A stretch of DNA of 64,000 nt, from assembly GCA_034661035.1 (NCBI GenBank), contig JAYEKM010000008.1, positions 11,677 through 75,676 on the forward strand, read 5' to 3'. The DNA comes from Patescibacteria group bacterium (GTDB lineage: Bacteria; Patescibacteriota; Minisyncoccia; Phycocordibacterales; UBA12079). The position numbers were made by a program, and so were the translations under genes. Below the pieces are notes generated by a model, which did not search any database, was not told the DNA's origin, and was given only the letters and a program-made list of their open reading frames with translations. This document shows, piece by piece, positions 45,934 to 55,900 of the stretch (position 1 is its first letter; each line of letters opens with the position of its first letter).

Positions 45934-46968
45934 ATGAAAACGAGATTAAAAAATCCAAAAGTTACTGTTATAATGCCAGTTTATAATAGTGAGAAATATT
46001 TAAGAAAAGCTATTGAAAGTATTCTTAATCAGACTTTTACTGATTTTGAATTTTTAATTATTAACGATGGGTCAACAGACAGTAGTGAAGAAATAATTAA
46101 ATCTTATGATGACCCAAGAATTAAATTCATAAATAATCAAAAAAATATAGGAGTTGCAAAATCATCAAATATTGGCCTAAATTCAGCAAGGGGAGAATAC
46201 ATAGCCAAAATGGATTCTGACGATATAAGTCTTCCGAAAAGGTTAGAAATTCAGGTTAATTTTATGGATAAAAATTATAAAGTTGGGGCTATAGGAGGAT
46301 GGGTTAAAATAATAGGAAAAAAATTTAAAAAATATATTAAGACACCCTGCAATTTTGAAAAAATAAAAGCGACAATTCTATTTAAAAATGTATTAGCTAA
46401 TCCAACAGCAATGATACGAAGTTCTGTGCTAACTAAACATAAAATAAGATACAATGAAAGTCTAAGACTTTCTGAAGATTATGATATGTGGACAAAAATT
46501 ATTAGGTATTCCCCTATCATAAACCTAAATAAAATCTTGTTATTCTATAGAATTCATCCAAAAAGTGTTAGTAGATTATACTCCGATGTTCAAACAAAAA
46601 AATCATCTGAAATAAAATTAAAACAATTAGAAAATTTAAAAATTATACCGACAGAGGAAGAAAAGAATTTGCATATAAATACTTATAAACCAAGGGGTTT
46701 TGAAATAAGTAATTTTCTAAATAAGAAAGAGGCTTGGTTATTAAAACTGGTAAATCAAAATAAAAAAGTTGACTATGTGAAAGAATCTTACTTTTTAAAG
46801 ATTGTAGGGAAACAATGGCTTTTAGCATGTAGCGTAAATGCAAATTATGATTTTAAAATTTTTAAGCTATTTTGGAAATCTGATTTAAGAAAGAAACTAG
46901 ATTGGACTGATATAGAAAACTGGAAAATTTTAACTCGTTTTTTCTTCAAATGTTTACTGAAAAACTAA
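45934..46968 (+). CDS. GT2 glycosyltransferase
   Basis: VIMPVYN, INDGSTD, MDSDD, EDYDMW. Confidence 0.92.
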   Translation: MKTRLKNPKVTVIMPVYNSEKYLRKAIESILNQTFTDFEFLIINDGSTDSSEEIIKSYDDPRIKFINNQKNIGVAKSSNIGLNSARGEYIAKMDSDDISLPKRLEIQVNFMDKNYKVGAIGGWVKIIGKKFKKYIKTPCNFEKIKATILFKNVLANPTAMIRSSVLTKHKIRYNESLRLSEDYDMWTKIIRYSPIINLNKILLFYRIHPKSVSRLYSDVQTKKSSEIKLKQLENLKIIPTEEEKNLHINTYKPRGFEISNFLNKKEAWLLKLVNQNKKVDYVKESYFLKIVGKQWLLACSVNANYDFKIFKLFWKSDLRKKLDWTDIENWKILTRFFFKCLLKN

Positions 46969-47888
46969 ATATTTTTAGTTTTAGGATACTTCTTAAGCTT
47001 TAAAATTCTGAATAACTTATATCCAAACCCCGATAAAAACATACTCAGATAATGAGCAAAAACAGAAACCTTAAATTCCATTTGATAAACTTTTTTAAAA
47101 ATTTCTTTAGCTTTTTTGTATTGACCATCATTTCTGTAATATTTTCCTAACATAAGTAAATGTTTAGCTAAAACTTTAGGTCTTTCTTCAAATTCCTTCT
47201 TAAATTTATTTAAGATCATCTCTCTCCCTTTTATTCTTCTATCTAAATTTTTTCCCATTTGTTGATGGTCTAAGGACATCACCCGAACCAACGGTTTGTT
47301 TATACCGATGCCTTTATATTTATTTGCTATTCTAATAATCCACTCAATATCAGTATGACTCGGGAACAATTCATCCATATAACCAATATCTTCAAATACC
47401 TTCTTCTTCACCATTAAAGTCACGGCAAGGAAACCACTGAATTTAGCTAATGCCCTCTCATAATAATTGTCCATTCCGCTTGGAACAATAGAATCAATAG
47501 CCCCATGTTCATAAACCTGAGTAACAGCAGTAAAACAAAAACCAGCCTCCTGATTTTTTTCAAAAGCATCAATTTGTAATCTCAATTTCTCTGGGAACCA
47601 AGTGTCATCATCGTCAAGAAAAGCAACAAATTCCCCTCTTGCATTTTTCATTCCAATATTTTTACCACCAGCACAATCCGTATTTTTATCATTCTGAATA
47701 TATCTAATCCTTGAGTCATTAAAATTTTCCACTATATCCTTAGCAGGAATTTTAACTCCATTATCAACCACGATAAGCTCAAAATCAGTAAAAGTTTGAT
47801 TTAAGACACTTTGAATAGACTCTTTAACAAAATCAGGTCTATTATATGTTACAATCACCGCTGTAACTTTAGGTTTTAAATTATCCAT
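46965..47888 (-). CDS. GT2 glycosyltransferase
   Basis: IVTYNR, VVDNG, AFLDDDD. Confidence 0.92.
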   Translation of the reverse strand: MDNLKPKVTAVIVTYNRPDFVKESIQSVLNQTFTDFELIVVDNGVKIPAKDIVENFNDSRIRYIQNDKNTDCAGGKNIGMKNARGEFVAFLDDDDTWFPEKLRLQIDAFEKNQEAGFCFTAVTQVYEHGAIDSIVPSGMDNYYERALAKFSGFLAVTLMVKKKVFEDIGYMDELFPSHTDIEWIIRIANKYKGIGINKPLVRVMSLDHQQMGKNLDRRIKGREMILNKFKKEFEERPKVLAKHLLMLGKYYRNDGQYKKAKEIFKKVYQMEFKVSVFAHYLSMFLSGFGYKLFRILKLKKYPKTKNI

Positions 47889-48606
47889 TATGTTTTTCCA
47901 AAATTAAAGTATAACCATTTCTTGTATATTTATAAAAACCAAGTAAAGAGATTATTTTTCTTATTACTTTCATAAATAAACTAACTATAAAATATTTTGA
48001 ACCCCATTCCGAATCCGGAAGATCCCTTGTATATCGGTAAACTAATTCTTTGACTATATACTTATCTGAAATAAAACCGCCGTCAGCCCCTGCAATCGTC
48101 TTTTTATTCCCCTTTTCGCTTTCCCTGCACATATAGTTGATAATCCCCTCGGGGCCATAAGGTCTAATATGGGCAAGACCTTCATAGAACCTGTAGTCTA
48201 ACAACGGAGCACTTATAACCAAGATTCCATTTTTCTCCAAAACCCTATCTATTTCCCTTAGAAAAACAAAAAAATCTTCCGTATTAAGGTGTTCTATCAA
48301 ATGACTACAATGAATAAAATTGACCGCATTATTATTAAAAGGCAATTTATCTGGAGCCTTATAGAGCACAGAATTTTCAACTTTTTTGAGAACTTCTGGG
48401 TCAGCATCCAAAAGAAAAACATTTTTATATTTACTTCTTAGATTTAAATAGTCTGCAAAAAAACCATACCCACTACCGATGTCAACAACTACCCCTTCAT
48501 CATCTTTTGATAAATATTTTCCAGCTAAATCATAAAAAAACGGTCTCTTATTAGTCGCGTACTTATTTCTTTCTTTTATTTTTTGTATAAAATTTTTATT
48601 TTTCAC
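47881..48606 (-). CDS. Class I SAM-dependent methyltransferase
   Basis: VDIGSGYG, SHLIEHL, RVLEKNG. Confidence 0.85.
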   Translation of the reverse strand: MKNKNFIQKIKERNKYATNKRPFFYDLAGKYLSKDDEGVVVDIGSGYGFFADYLNLRSKYKNVFLLDADPEVLKKVENSVLYKAPDKLPFNNNAVNFIHCSHLIEHLNTEDFFVFLREIDRVLEKNGILVISAPLLDYRFYEGLAHIRPYGPEGIINYMCRESEKGNKKTIAGADGGFISDKYIVKELVYRYTRDLPDSEWGSKYFIVSLFMKVIRKIISLLGFYKYTRNGYTLILEKHNG

Positions 48607-48613
48607 GATATTC

Positions 48614-49345
48614 TTATTTTGGGTTAACTCTTGTTTTGTGTTGCTTATGCAAAAAGTATTTATTTCTTCTAGAATCTCCTTTCATATACACAAAATCTAA
48701 CTTACTTCTCCAAGCTGAATAATTAAAACTTAATTGGTCTCGACGACTATTGTTTTCGATCTCATTCCACCAAATATTCATTGTGTTAATGATATCTTTT
48801 TCATTATGTCTTCTCAAAATTACCATGCTGGAAACCAAGCCGTTGTGTTCTGGATACCCTTCATTTCTATACTTTTCAATCTGATTTTTTATTAAATTAG
48901 AATCATCTTTATAATTACCTTCATTGTTCATTTGGATAAGTTTTTCCGCTTCAGTATATATACAATCATAACATTGATTTTTATCTTTTTTCCAAAAAAG
49001 CTTAAAAAATCTTCTTGTTAATTGAGTATGGTCAAAAATTGTCAAATTTACTTTTGATAAGTATTTTTTTATTAACTGGTTAACATCCCCTCTGACAACC
49101 ATGTTTCCATCTACCCAAACACTATATTCATATTTTGGTAAAAATTTATGAGGTAACACTTTATACATTCTCGCATTTCTAACAGGATCATTAAAAGTTT
49201 GTTCAACTTTTCTTACTTCCCAAATATCAGACTGAAAATCGCTGTCAGTAAAACATATAAAATCACAGTTATCGGGAATAAATTCTGGCTCAGTTAAATT
49301 ATCTTTTCCACCAAAAATAGCTGTATAAATTACTGTTTTATTCAT
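48614..49345 (-). CDS. DUF616 (TOD1/MUCI70-like) putative glycosyltransferase
   Basis: VIYTAIFG..D.L, FICFTD, K.LPH, SVWVDGN, RDQLSFNY. Confidence 0.82.
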   Translation of the reverse strand: MNKTVIYTAIFGGKDNLTEPEFIPDNCDFICFTDSDFQSDIWEVRKVEQTFNDPVRNARMYKVLPHKFLPKYEYSVWVDGNMVVRGDVNQLIKKYLSKVNLTIFDHTQLTRRFFKLFWKKDKNQCYDCIYTEAEKLIQMNNEGNYKDDSNLIKNQIEKYRNEGYPEHNGLVSSMVILRRHNEKDIINTMNIWWNEIENNSRRDQLSFNYSAWRSKLDFVYMKGDSRRNKYFLHKQHKTRVNPK

Positions 49346-50474
49346 GTTTATTTATAAAATTTAAAATATTCTGAGCTCTTTTGTCCCAAGTATAATTTTG
49401 AACATCAGAGTAAGCCTGTTGTGATATTCTATCAGCTTTATCCTTATTTTGTAATATGTCTTTAATTCCTTTTATCAGACTTCCCACATTATCAGGCTGA
49501 ATAAACAAACAGTTGCCATCATTTAATACTTCTCTCATTGCGGGTAAGTCCGAGGCTACGATAGGTCTTTTACTCGCCATATACTCAAACATTTTCATTG
49601 GTGAAGTATAGTAGGTATGATACTGAAATTTAGAATAATTCATGATTAAAACATCTGAGGCCCTATAACTATAGATAACTTTATCATATGGTAAATGGGC
49701 TATTATTTTATAGTCTTCTTTAGATATTCTGGAATCTTCTAATAACTTTTTTACTTTACTCACATTATCTTCGCCAACACCAACAATCAAAAGAAAAGAA
49801 TCTTTTTTTCTAATAAAAACTTCTGGGAAAGCCTTAATTAAATCATCAACCCCTTTATTTCCTTTTCCAAAGGTTACATATTTACCAATGTATCCGATAA
49901 TATTTTTGTCTTGAGGTAAGTTTAATTTATTTCTTGCCTCTTTTTGGGGAATCTTAATATTAAATTTATTTAGATCAACAGCGTCAGAAGCCACTAAAAT
50001 TTTATCTGATAAGACACCATTTTCAATTAAGTCTTTTTTAAGAAAACTAGTGATAGCCACAACCTTGAAAATTCTTTTAAAAATTATTTTGTGAAAAAAT
50101 GTAATTTTTTTTGGAAAATTATGAATTTCATAGATAAAGTTTTTAAAAAATAAACCTGTCAACTGCTCTCTAGTATAAACAAAATCATACCTCTGAGAAA
50201 AAAGGTAAGCTCTTATTTTTAACAGATAAAGTAAAGTCTGTGCAAGAAAACCAATTTTACCAAGCCATAATAAACTTGGTCTGGAAATTTCTTTAATTTT
50301 GAAATTAGCTTTAATATTATAAAATTTAAACAAATTAACTTTGTCTTTTTGTTTAGGAACAATTAACTCTACCTCAACACCCTTATCCGCAAAAGCTTTG
50401 CACATCTGAGTAATCTGAATTCCAAGAGCGTTTTTAGTAGGGATATTATAACTAGATAAATAAATTACCTTCAT
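49338..50474 (-). CDS. GT4 glycosyltransferase
   Basis: KGVD.L, SPMKMFEYMASKRPIVASD. Confidence 0.9.
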   Translation of the reverse strand: MKVIYLSSYNIPTKNALGIQITQMCKAFADKGVEVELIVPKQKDKVNLFKFYNIKANFKIKEISRPSLLWLGKIGFLAQTLLYLLKIRAYLFSQRYDFVYTREQLTGLFFKNFIYEIHNFPKKITFFHKIIFKRIFKVVAITSFLKKDLIENGVLSDKILVASDAVDLNKFNIKIPQKEARNKLNLPQDKNIIGYIGKYVTFGKGNKGVDDLIKAFPEVFIRKKDSFLLIVGVGEDNVSKVKKLLEDSRISKEDYKIIAHLPYDKVIYSYRASDVLIMNYSKFQYHTYYTSPMKMFEYMASKRPIVASDLPAMREVLNDGNCLFIQPDNVGSLIKGIKDILQNKDKADRISQQAYSDVQNYTWDKRAQNILNFINKHE

Positions 50475-51145
50475 TATTTTGTTATATTAATCAAATCATG
50501 ATAATAACTGTCCCCTTCCCATTCTTTTAACTTTTTTTCTGGATATTTAAAATCAGAAATATTTTCAGCAACGATATAAATATGTGGTGAAAAAACTGAA
50601 GTAAATATTTTATCTAAAAGTTTTGAACCAAATACAAAAGACTTAATCTCTTTTATCTCCCAACCAGCTCTTTCAACCGTTAATTCTAAGCTTTTTTTTG
50701 TGAAAAAATTAATGTGATTACTAGCTAGCGACCCTCTGAATTTGTTTAAACTTAATAAAAAATTAAATTTAGGAATAATAGGAACTCCTAGAATCAAAGT
50801 CGTATCTTTCTTAGCTATTTTTTTTAATTTTATTAAAAAAGAGTGAGGAGACAAAAGATGTTCAAATAAATTATTAGCCCAAACAATTTCAAAGTCGCTG
50901 TCTATGTTTAGTTGATCTATTAATTCAGCATTACCTAAAACAATATTTCTATTATTCTCTTTTCCAAAATCCACTTCTTCTTGTGTTGTTGTAATACCCA
51001 AACTTTTTTCTCCAAAATTATCCAAGAAATCACCATTTCCACAGCCAATATCTAAAAGTTTTTTATTACTTAAATCAAAACTATTCAATATCCGATTAAA
51101 AGTTTTTGATTTTTTAACTTTATTTAAGCTTTCTTGTACTTCCAT
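50474..51145 (-). CDS. Class I SAM-dependent methyltransferase
   Basis: LDIGCGNG, NLFEHL. Confidence 0.85.
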   Translation of the reverse strand: MEVQESLNKVKKSKTFNRILNSFDLSNKKLLDIGCGNGDFLDNFGEKSLGITTTQEEVDFGKENNRNIVLGNAELIDQLNIDSDFEIVWANNLFEHLLSPHSFLIKLKKIAKKDTTLILGVPIIPKFNFLLSLNKFRGSLASNHINFFTKKSLELTVERAGWEIKEIKSFVFGSKLLDKIFTSVFSPHIYIVAENISDFKYPEKKLKEWEGDSYYHDLINITK

Positions 51146-51146
51146 A

Positions 51147-51791
51147 TTATTTTTTTCTTATTTTTATTATAGATTGAAAAACGAAAACCTTCGGAAATAT
51201 TTTACTTAAAAATTGAGGGATTTTTGGATGCATAAGATTATTCTGTTCAGTCACTTTAAAACCATTCTCTCTGACAAAATTAAGGAGAGAACTATGAGAG
51301 AAAAAATGAACATGTCCTTTATCAAAAACACCTGTTTCGGTATAATCAAATTTACCAAAAAACATTTTAAACCTATTAGAAAATACCAAAAAGTTTGGGG
51401 TGGTTATTACAGCAAAACCATCATCGTTTAGAACTCTTTTAATTTTTTTAATAACCTTTTTTGGATTAAACAAATGTTCAATAACTTCTGTTATTAAAAC
51501 AATATCAAAATAATTATCATCAAAAGGGATTTTTTCTTCTTGAACATCTAGAGATATAGCTTCATCTAATTTTTTCCTAGCTTCTTTGATTTGATTCTCT
51601 GAAATATCAATACCAACTACTTTATTAGCCTCTTTCTCTTTAAACTTAGAACCTAAATAACCATCGGCACAACCAATATCCAAAATTCTTTTGCTTTTTA
51701 CATCACCACACAATTCTAAAACTCTTCTTTCTCGAGAAAAACTTACTTCATAACCTATATCTTTATTATAGTGATCTTTATATATATTCAT
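51147..51791 (-). CDS. Class I SAM-dependent methyltransferase
   Basis: LDIGCADG, EVIEHL, TTPN. Confidence 0.88.
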   Translation of the reverse strand: MNIYKDHYNKDIGYEVSFSRERRVLELCGDVKSKRILDIGCADGYLGSKFKEKEANKVVGIDISENQIKEARKKLDEAISLDVQEEKIPFDDNYFDIVLITEVIEHLFNPKKVIKKIKRVLNDDGFAVITTPNFLVFSNRFKMFFGKFDYTETGVFDKGHVHFFSHSSLLNFVRENGFKVTEQNNLMHPKIPQFLSKIFPKVFVFQSIIKIRKK

Positions 51792-51793
51792 AA

Positions 51794-52843
51794 TTATTTA
51801 ACCAAATTTTCAGCAATTTCCTTTACTTTCTTGCCTAAAATAGACACTTTTACCTCTTTAGTAAATTTATTGTAACTATTTTGAGCCAAATAATCCATCT
51901 TTTCAGGATTACCTTTTAAATCTAAGATGGCTTTAGCTAATTCTTCAGAATTGGCAGTTGGAATCAACAATAAATCATTGTCACCAAATAACTCTCTGAC
52001 AGCAACAGTATCAGCTGTTATTAATGGTTTTTTTAAAGCAACAGCATCAAAAACTTTATTTGGTATAACTCTTCTTGTTTTTTCTGTATTTCCAAAAATA
52101 CCTAAGCAAATGTCCGATTGTGATATTAACTCTAATAATTCTGTATAAGAAACATCATCAATAAAATTAATATTAGAGAAATTTTTATTCTTATAATTTC
52201 TCTTTATCTTTGAACCGACAATGTTAAATTGGATATTTTTGTCACTCTGCAACTTCTCGGCTGCTCCCAATATATATTTGATACCTTGCAACGGAATAAG
52301 AAACCCATAAAAAATTATGGAGAATTTATTACTATTTATTTTTCTAGAAAAAGAAAAATTTTCAGCGGAGGAACCAACAAAAATTCTTGTAAATTTTTCT
52401 TTTTTTAAGCCAAATTCCTCAACAAAATACTTAATATGTTCATTAGTATCTAAAATAACTTTGTCTGCTAGTTTACAAGACAGTTTATCCATAAACCAAA
52501 AATATTTTGCCTTTAAACTTCCTTTCTTAGTGTTTTTTCTATCAAAGACAGTGGAGTCATAAATAGAGACAAAAGCGTCAAAAATAATGGATTTCCTCGT
52601 CAAAAATTTAGCCAGAACAGCCGAATGCCATCCGGGGAAAGCAACAAATAGTACATCATAATCTTTTCTGATTTTCCAATGTCGTCTAATTAAATCGAAG
52701 TATTTCTTAATCCCCTTCAGCTCTGTACGGCACTCAATCACTTTTACATCATTTTCTTTTAAACCCTGAATAAGCACCCTGTTACGAGAATAATTTGGAT
52801 CGTAGATCCCAAAAAAACAAATTGTTAAATTTTTATTTTCCAT
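51794..52843 (-). CDS. GT4 glycosyltransferase
   Basis: YSRNRV, IPLQG, IPNKVFDA..KPLITAD. Confidence 0.85.
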   Translation of the reverse strand: MENKNLTICFFGIYDPNYSRNRVLIQGLKENDVKVIECRTELKGIKKYFDLIRRHWKIRKDYDVLFVAFPGWHSAVLAKFLTRKSIIFDAFVSIYDSTVFDRKNTKKGSLKAKYFWFMDKLSCKLADKVILDTNEHIKYFVEEFGLKKEKFTRIFVGSSAENFSFSRKINSNKFSIIFYGFLIPLQGIKYILGAAEKLQSDKNIQFNIVGSKIKRNYKNKNFSNINFIDDVSYTELLELISQSDICLGIFGNTEKTRRVIPNKVFDAVALKKPLITADTVAVRELFGDNDLLLIPTANSEELAKAILDLKGNPEKMDYLAQNSYNKFTKEVKVSILGKKVKEIAENLVK

Positions 52844-52844
52844 C

Positions 52845-53900
52845 TTATTTTTGATAGATAAAGATAATTTTTTTAATAAGGTCCTCTAGATTGTGACTCC
52901 TTTCAACCTCTTTTCTTAAATCTAATTTAATTTTTTCCTTTTCGTGTTCAGACAGATTAATTATTCCTATTATTTTTTGTGATAAATCAGAGCTATCTTT
53001 TAATTTAAAGAATAATTTATCTTGGTGGACACCAAAAACATTCTTTGATGAATCATTACTAGAAATTGTTATTAAGCCACAGGACATAGCTTCCAAGATA
53101 GTTTTGTCTAAACTGCCCGTATGACTAGTATTTACAAATAAGTTAGACTCTTGCAAATAATTAACAATATTATTTGTAGGGACTGGGCCAATAAAATTTA
53201 TTACCTCTTCTAAGCCGTCATTTTTAACTTTCTTTTTTAAGCTTTCCAAGTATTTTTCTTGACCTGCTTTACCCACACCCCCAATAATATCTAATTCAAT
53301 TTTTGAATTATATTTTTGCAAGATTTTTATTGCGTCAATTAATGTCTCATAATCTTTGATAGGAGAAATCCTACCAACGGTAACAACCCGAAAGGCCTTA
53401 TTTTTAATAAGGCTATCTTTACTTATAAATTGTTCTACATCAATTCCATGCCCTGTGATATTTAATTTCTTAGTTTTCAAACGAAACGATTCGGGAGTAG
53501 CTGAAAAAATAATATAAGTTAATTTTTCGGCCAATCTTAGCTTTAAATCGACACTTTTATGCATATACCAAAGTCCTATCTTTTTACCCATTAAACGCCA
53601 AAATAAGCCTCCTAGAACAATATACTCCGGGTTCATATGAACAAAGACGTTATCGTAATTTTTTCGTTCAGACCAAATATACTTATAAAAATTAAAAGCA
53701 TACTTAAGGCGTGATTTCCCCTGTTCCTTTCCTAAGGATAAGACTTTCACATTATTAGGTAAGTCGTAATCCCTTGCCTCTAAGGCTATTACGATTACCT
53801 GTTCACAGTGTTTTGCAAATTCATTAACCCACCCATGAAAAAAACCGAGGACACCATCATCATTTTTATCTACTTTTTGTGTAAGTATTAATAGTTTCAT
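52845..53900 (-). CDS. GT4 glycosyltransferase
   Basis: GHGID, VGRISPIK, GSLDKTILEAMSCG. Confidence 0.9.
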   Translation of the reverse strand: MKLLILTQKVDKNDDGVLGFFHGWVNEFAKHCEQVIVIALEARDYDLPNNVKVLSLGKEQGKSRLKYAFNFYKYIWSERKNYDNVFVHMNPEYIVLGGLFWRLMGKKIGLWYMHKSVDLKLRLAEKLTYIIFSATPESFRLKTKKLNITGHGIDVEQFISKDSLIKNKAFRVVTVGRISPIKDYETLIDAIKILQKYNSKIELDIIGGVGKAGQEKYLESLKKKVKNDGLEEVINFIGPVPTNNIVNYLQESNLFVNTSHTGSLDKTILEAMSCGLITISSNDSSKNVFGVHQDKLFFKLKDSSDLSQKIIGIINLSEHEKEKIKLDLRKEVERSHNLEDLIKKIIFIYQK

Positions 53901-54160
53901 ATTTTAGAATTAATGAAATACGATTTGAGCCTATTTTGTAAAAACATTCTACCATGGTAAGTCTTCAAATACTTCTCTCTTTTTATAGCATCATCTTCAT
54001 CTAAACATGATTCATAATACAATAAAATTAAAGGTTTTCTATGTTTAGTTGAATTCACCAGACCTGTATTATGTTGCTCAAATCTTAATTTTAAATTTTT
54101 TGTAGCTCCTGTATACCATTTACCATCTTTTTCGCTTTGTATTATGTGAGTATATATCAT
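53897..54160 (-). CDS. Small stand-alone GIY-YIG nuclease
   Basis: IYTHIIQS...WYTGAT.NLKLRFEQHN, STK.RKP..L.YYE, AIKREKYLK; CCCGTTAGAGA repeat end just upstream (54165-54176). Confidence 0.9.
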   Translation of the reverse strand: MIYTHIIQSEKDGKWYTGATKNLKLRFEQHNTGLVNSTKHRKPLILLYYESCLDEDDAIKREKYLKTYHGRMFLQNRLKSYFINSKI

Positions 54161-55311
54161 AAAGTCTCTAACGGGACTAGTATATTATTTATCGTTCGGA
54201 ACCAAGCATCCTGTAAAATTTTAAGAACCTCATCTTCAGTTTGAGACATCTTCCTCGAATAATCATTATAAGCTTTCTGCTCAAACTCCCTCAACAAATC
54301 AGGATATTGCTGAGCTTTAATAATATTCTCAACCAAACATTCTTTATCTCCAACACTACATAAAAATGCATTATTGCTACTCAAAACTTCTCCGACAATT
54401 CCCACTTTAGTAGTTAAAATTGGACAATGAGAAAGAACTGCCTCGCTTAAGGTTAAACCATAACCCTCATAATCAGAAGTTGAAAGAAATAAATCAGCCG
54501 TTTTATAATAAGTAATTGGATCACCTACCCATTTCTTAAAAATTATATTTTCTTCTAGACCAGCTCTTCTAGCTTGTTGTTTTAATGTTTTACGGAGAGA
54601 ACCTTCCCCCACAATAACCAAGCCTGTTTTAGGGAATATTTTAACAACTTTTTTCATGGCTGAAATAGCCATAGAAATATTTTTTTCTTTTTCTAAACGA
54701 CTCATCATAACCATAATAAATTTAAATTGAGGATATCTTTCTTTTAAATTAAAACTAGGAGTAAAAACCTGGATAAAAGTAGGGCTAGTAAAAATAGGGA
54801 GAACAGTAACTTTAGTCTGTAATTCCTCAGACAGCGAAGACTTAATTCTTTTAGAAACAACTCTAATGTGATCAGCCTTGGATAGTAAAAAAGTAGACAT
54901 CCAAGATCTAATCCTATTAGTGAAAGAATGTCTTATAAAATAATGATTAAAAATATCAGTATGAATCTGAAGTTCCAATTTAGCCTTTAGTTTTTTAACT
55001 ATCCTCCAAGCAATAAACCCTGTTTCGTAAGGGTCTTGAGCTGTTACTAAATCAACATCCTTTAATTTGGTAGCAATTTTTATTGCATTTAAAATATAAT
55101 GAAATTTATTTCGTGAGTTGGTGGGGTAAACAATAACTTTTTCGCTTATTTTTATCTTTTTTTTATTTGGGATATCTTTTGACTGTTTATTCAAAACAAT
55201 TATGTGGAGTTCGCCTACTATCGTGCCATAGTTAACCATTCTCCGACAAACAGAGCTACTTTCTTCAAATATTTTTTTGTCAGTGCTAATCATTAAAATT
55301 TTCATATTCAT
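54157..55311 (-). CDS. GT4 glycosyltransferase
   Basis: TAQDP, SRLEKEKN, YEGYGLTLSEA. Confidence 0.9.
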   Translation of the reverse strand: MNMKILMISTDKKIFEESSSVCRRMVNYGTIVGELHIIVLNKQSKDIPNKKKIKISEKVIVYPTNSRNKFHYILNAIKIATKLKDVDLVTAQDPYETGFIAWRIVKKLKAKLELQIHTDIFNHYFIRHSFTNRIRSWMSTFLLSKADHIRVVSKRIKSSLSEELQTKVTVLPIFTSPTFIQVFTPSFNLKERYPQFKFIMVMMSRLEKEKNISMAISAMKKVVKIFPKTGLVIVGEGSLRKTLKQQARRAGLEENIIFKKWVGDPITYYKTADLFLSTSDYEGYGLTLSEAVLSHCPILTTKVGIVGEVLSSNNAFLCSVGDKECLVENIIKAQQYPDLLREFEQKAYNDYSRKMSQTEDEVLKILQDAWFRTINNILVPLETL

Positions 55312-55395
55312 TGACTTTTTTTTTGTTTAATATATTATATTAGTAATCATTATGAAAAGCGTCGTCAAAGGGCTAGTCCCGCGAAGGCGCTTTTT
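55311..55395 (+). ncRNA. Candidate antisense promoter + ~50-nt hairpin RNA overlapping NYN gene 3' end
   Basis: TTGACT-16-TATTAT-6-AATCA...AAAAGCGTC/GGCGCTTTT stem + T run; same layout at 57096-57188. Confidence 0.6.
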
Positions 55396-55900
55396 GTTTT
55401 TCTAGCTTCTTTAATTCACTCCTCACATCTTCCAAATACTGAATTGCTCTTTTCCAACCGCAAGCTTTTCTTAACAGAAAAGAAGTTTTCTTTCTATTAG
55501 GACTTAAAGCAACCTTGAATTTATTTTTGTTTTCTAAATATTTAACTAAACTAGCGAAATCTCCATCACTCGTTATTAAAATAGCATTATCATATTCTAA
55601 CAACAAATCAACAGTTGTTAATGTTAAGTCAACGTCAACATTACCTTTTGGTTTCCCATTACTTTTTTTTGAAATTTCTTTAAAAGAAATTTCAAAGCCA
55701 GCATTTCTTAACAAGGAATAAAATTTTTCATTTTCTTTTATGTACCCTATAAACCAAAAAGCTTTAACAACTTTATACTTATCTTTTAAATAAATTCTTA
55801 ATTTAAAAATATCTACCGCCCAACCATCATCTTTCGTACCAAGATACAAGTTCTGAGCATCTATAAAAGCATAATTATTTTCTTTGTTTTTATTTTTCAT
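55373..55900 (-). CDS. NYN-domain (PIN-like, LabA/DUF88) ribonuclease
   Basis: FIDAQNL, KGNVDVDL, SDGDF: acidic active-site residues intact. Confidence 0.9.
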   Translation of the reverse strand: MKNKNKENNYAFIDAQNLYLGTKDDGWAVDIFKLRIYLKDKYKVVKAFWFIGYIKENEKFYSLLRNAGFEISFKEISKKSNGKPKGNVDVDLTLTTVDLLLEYDNAILITSDGDFASLVKYLENKNKFKVALSPNRKKTSFLLRKACGWKRAIQYLEDVRSELKKLEKQKAPSRD

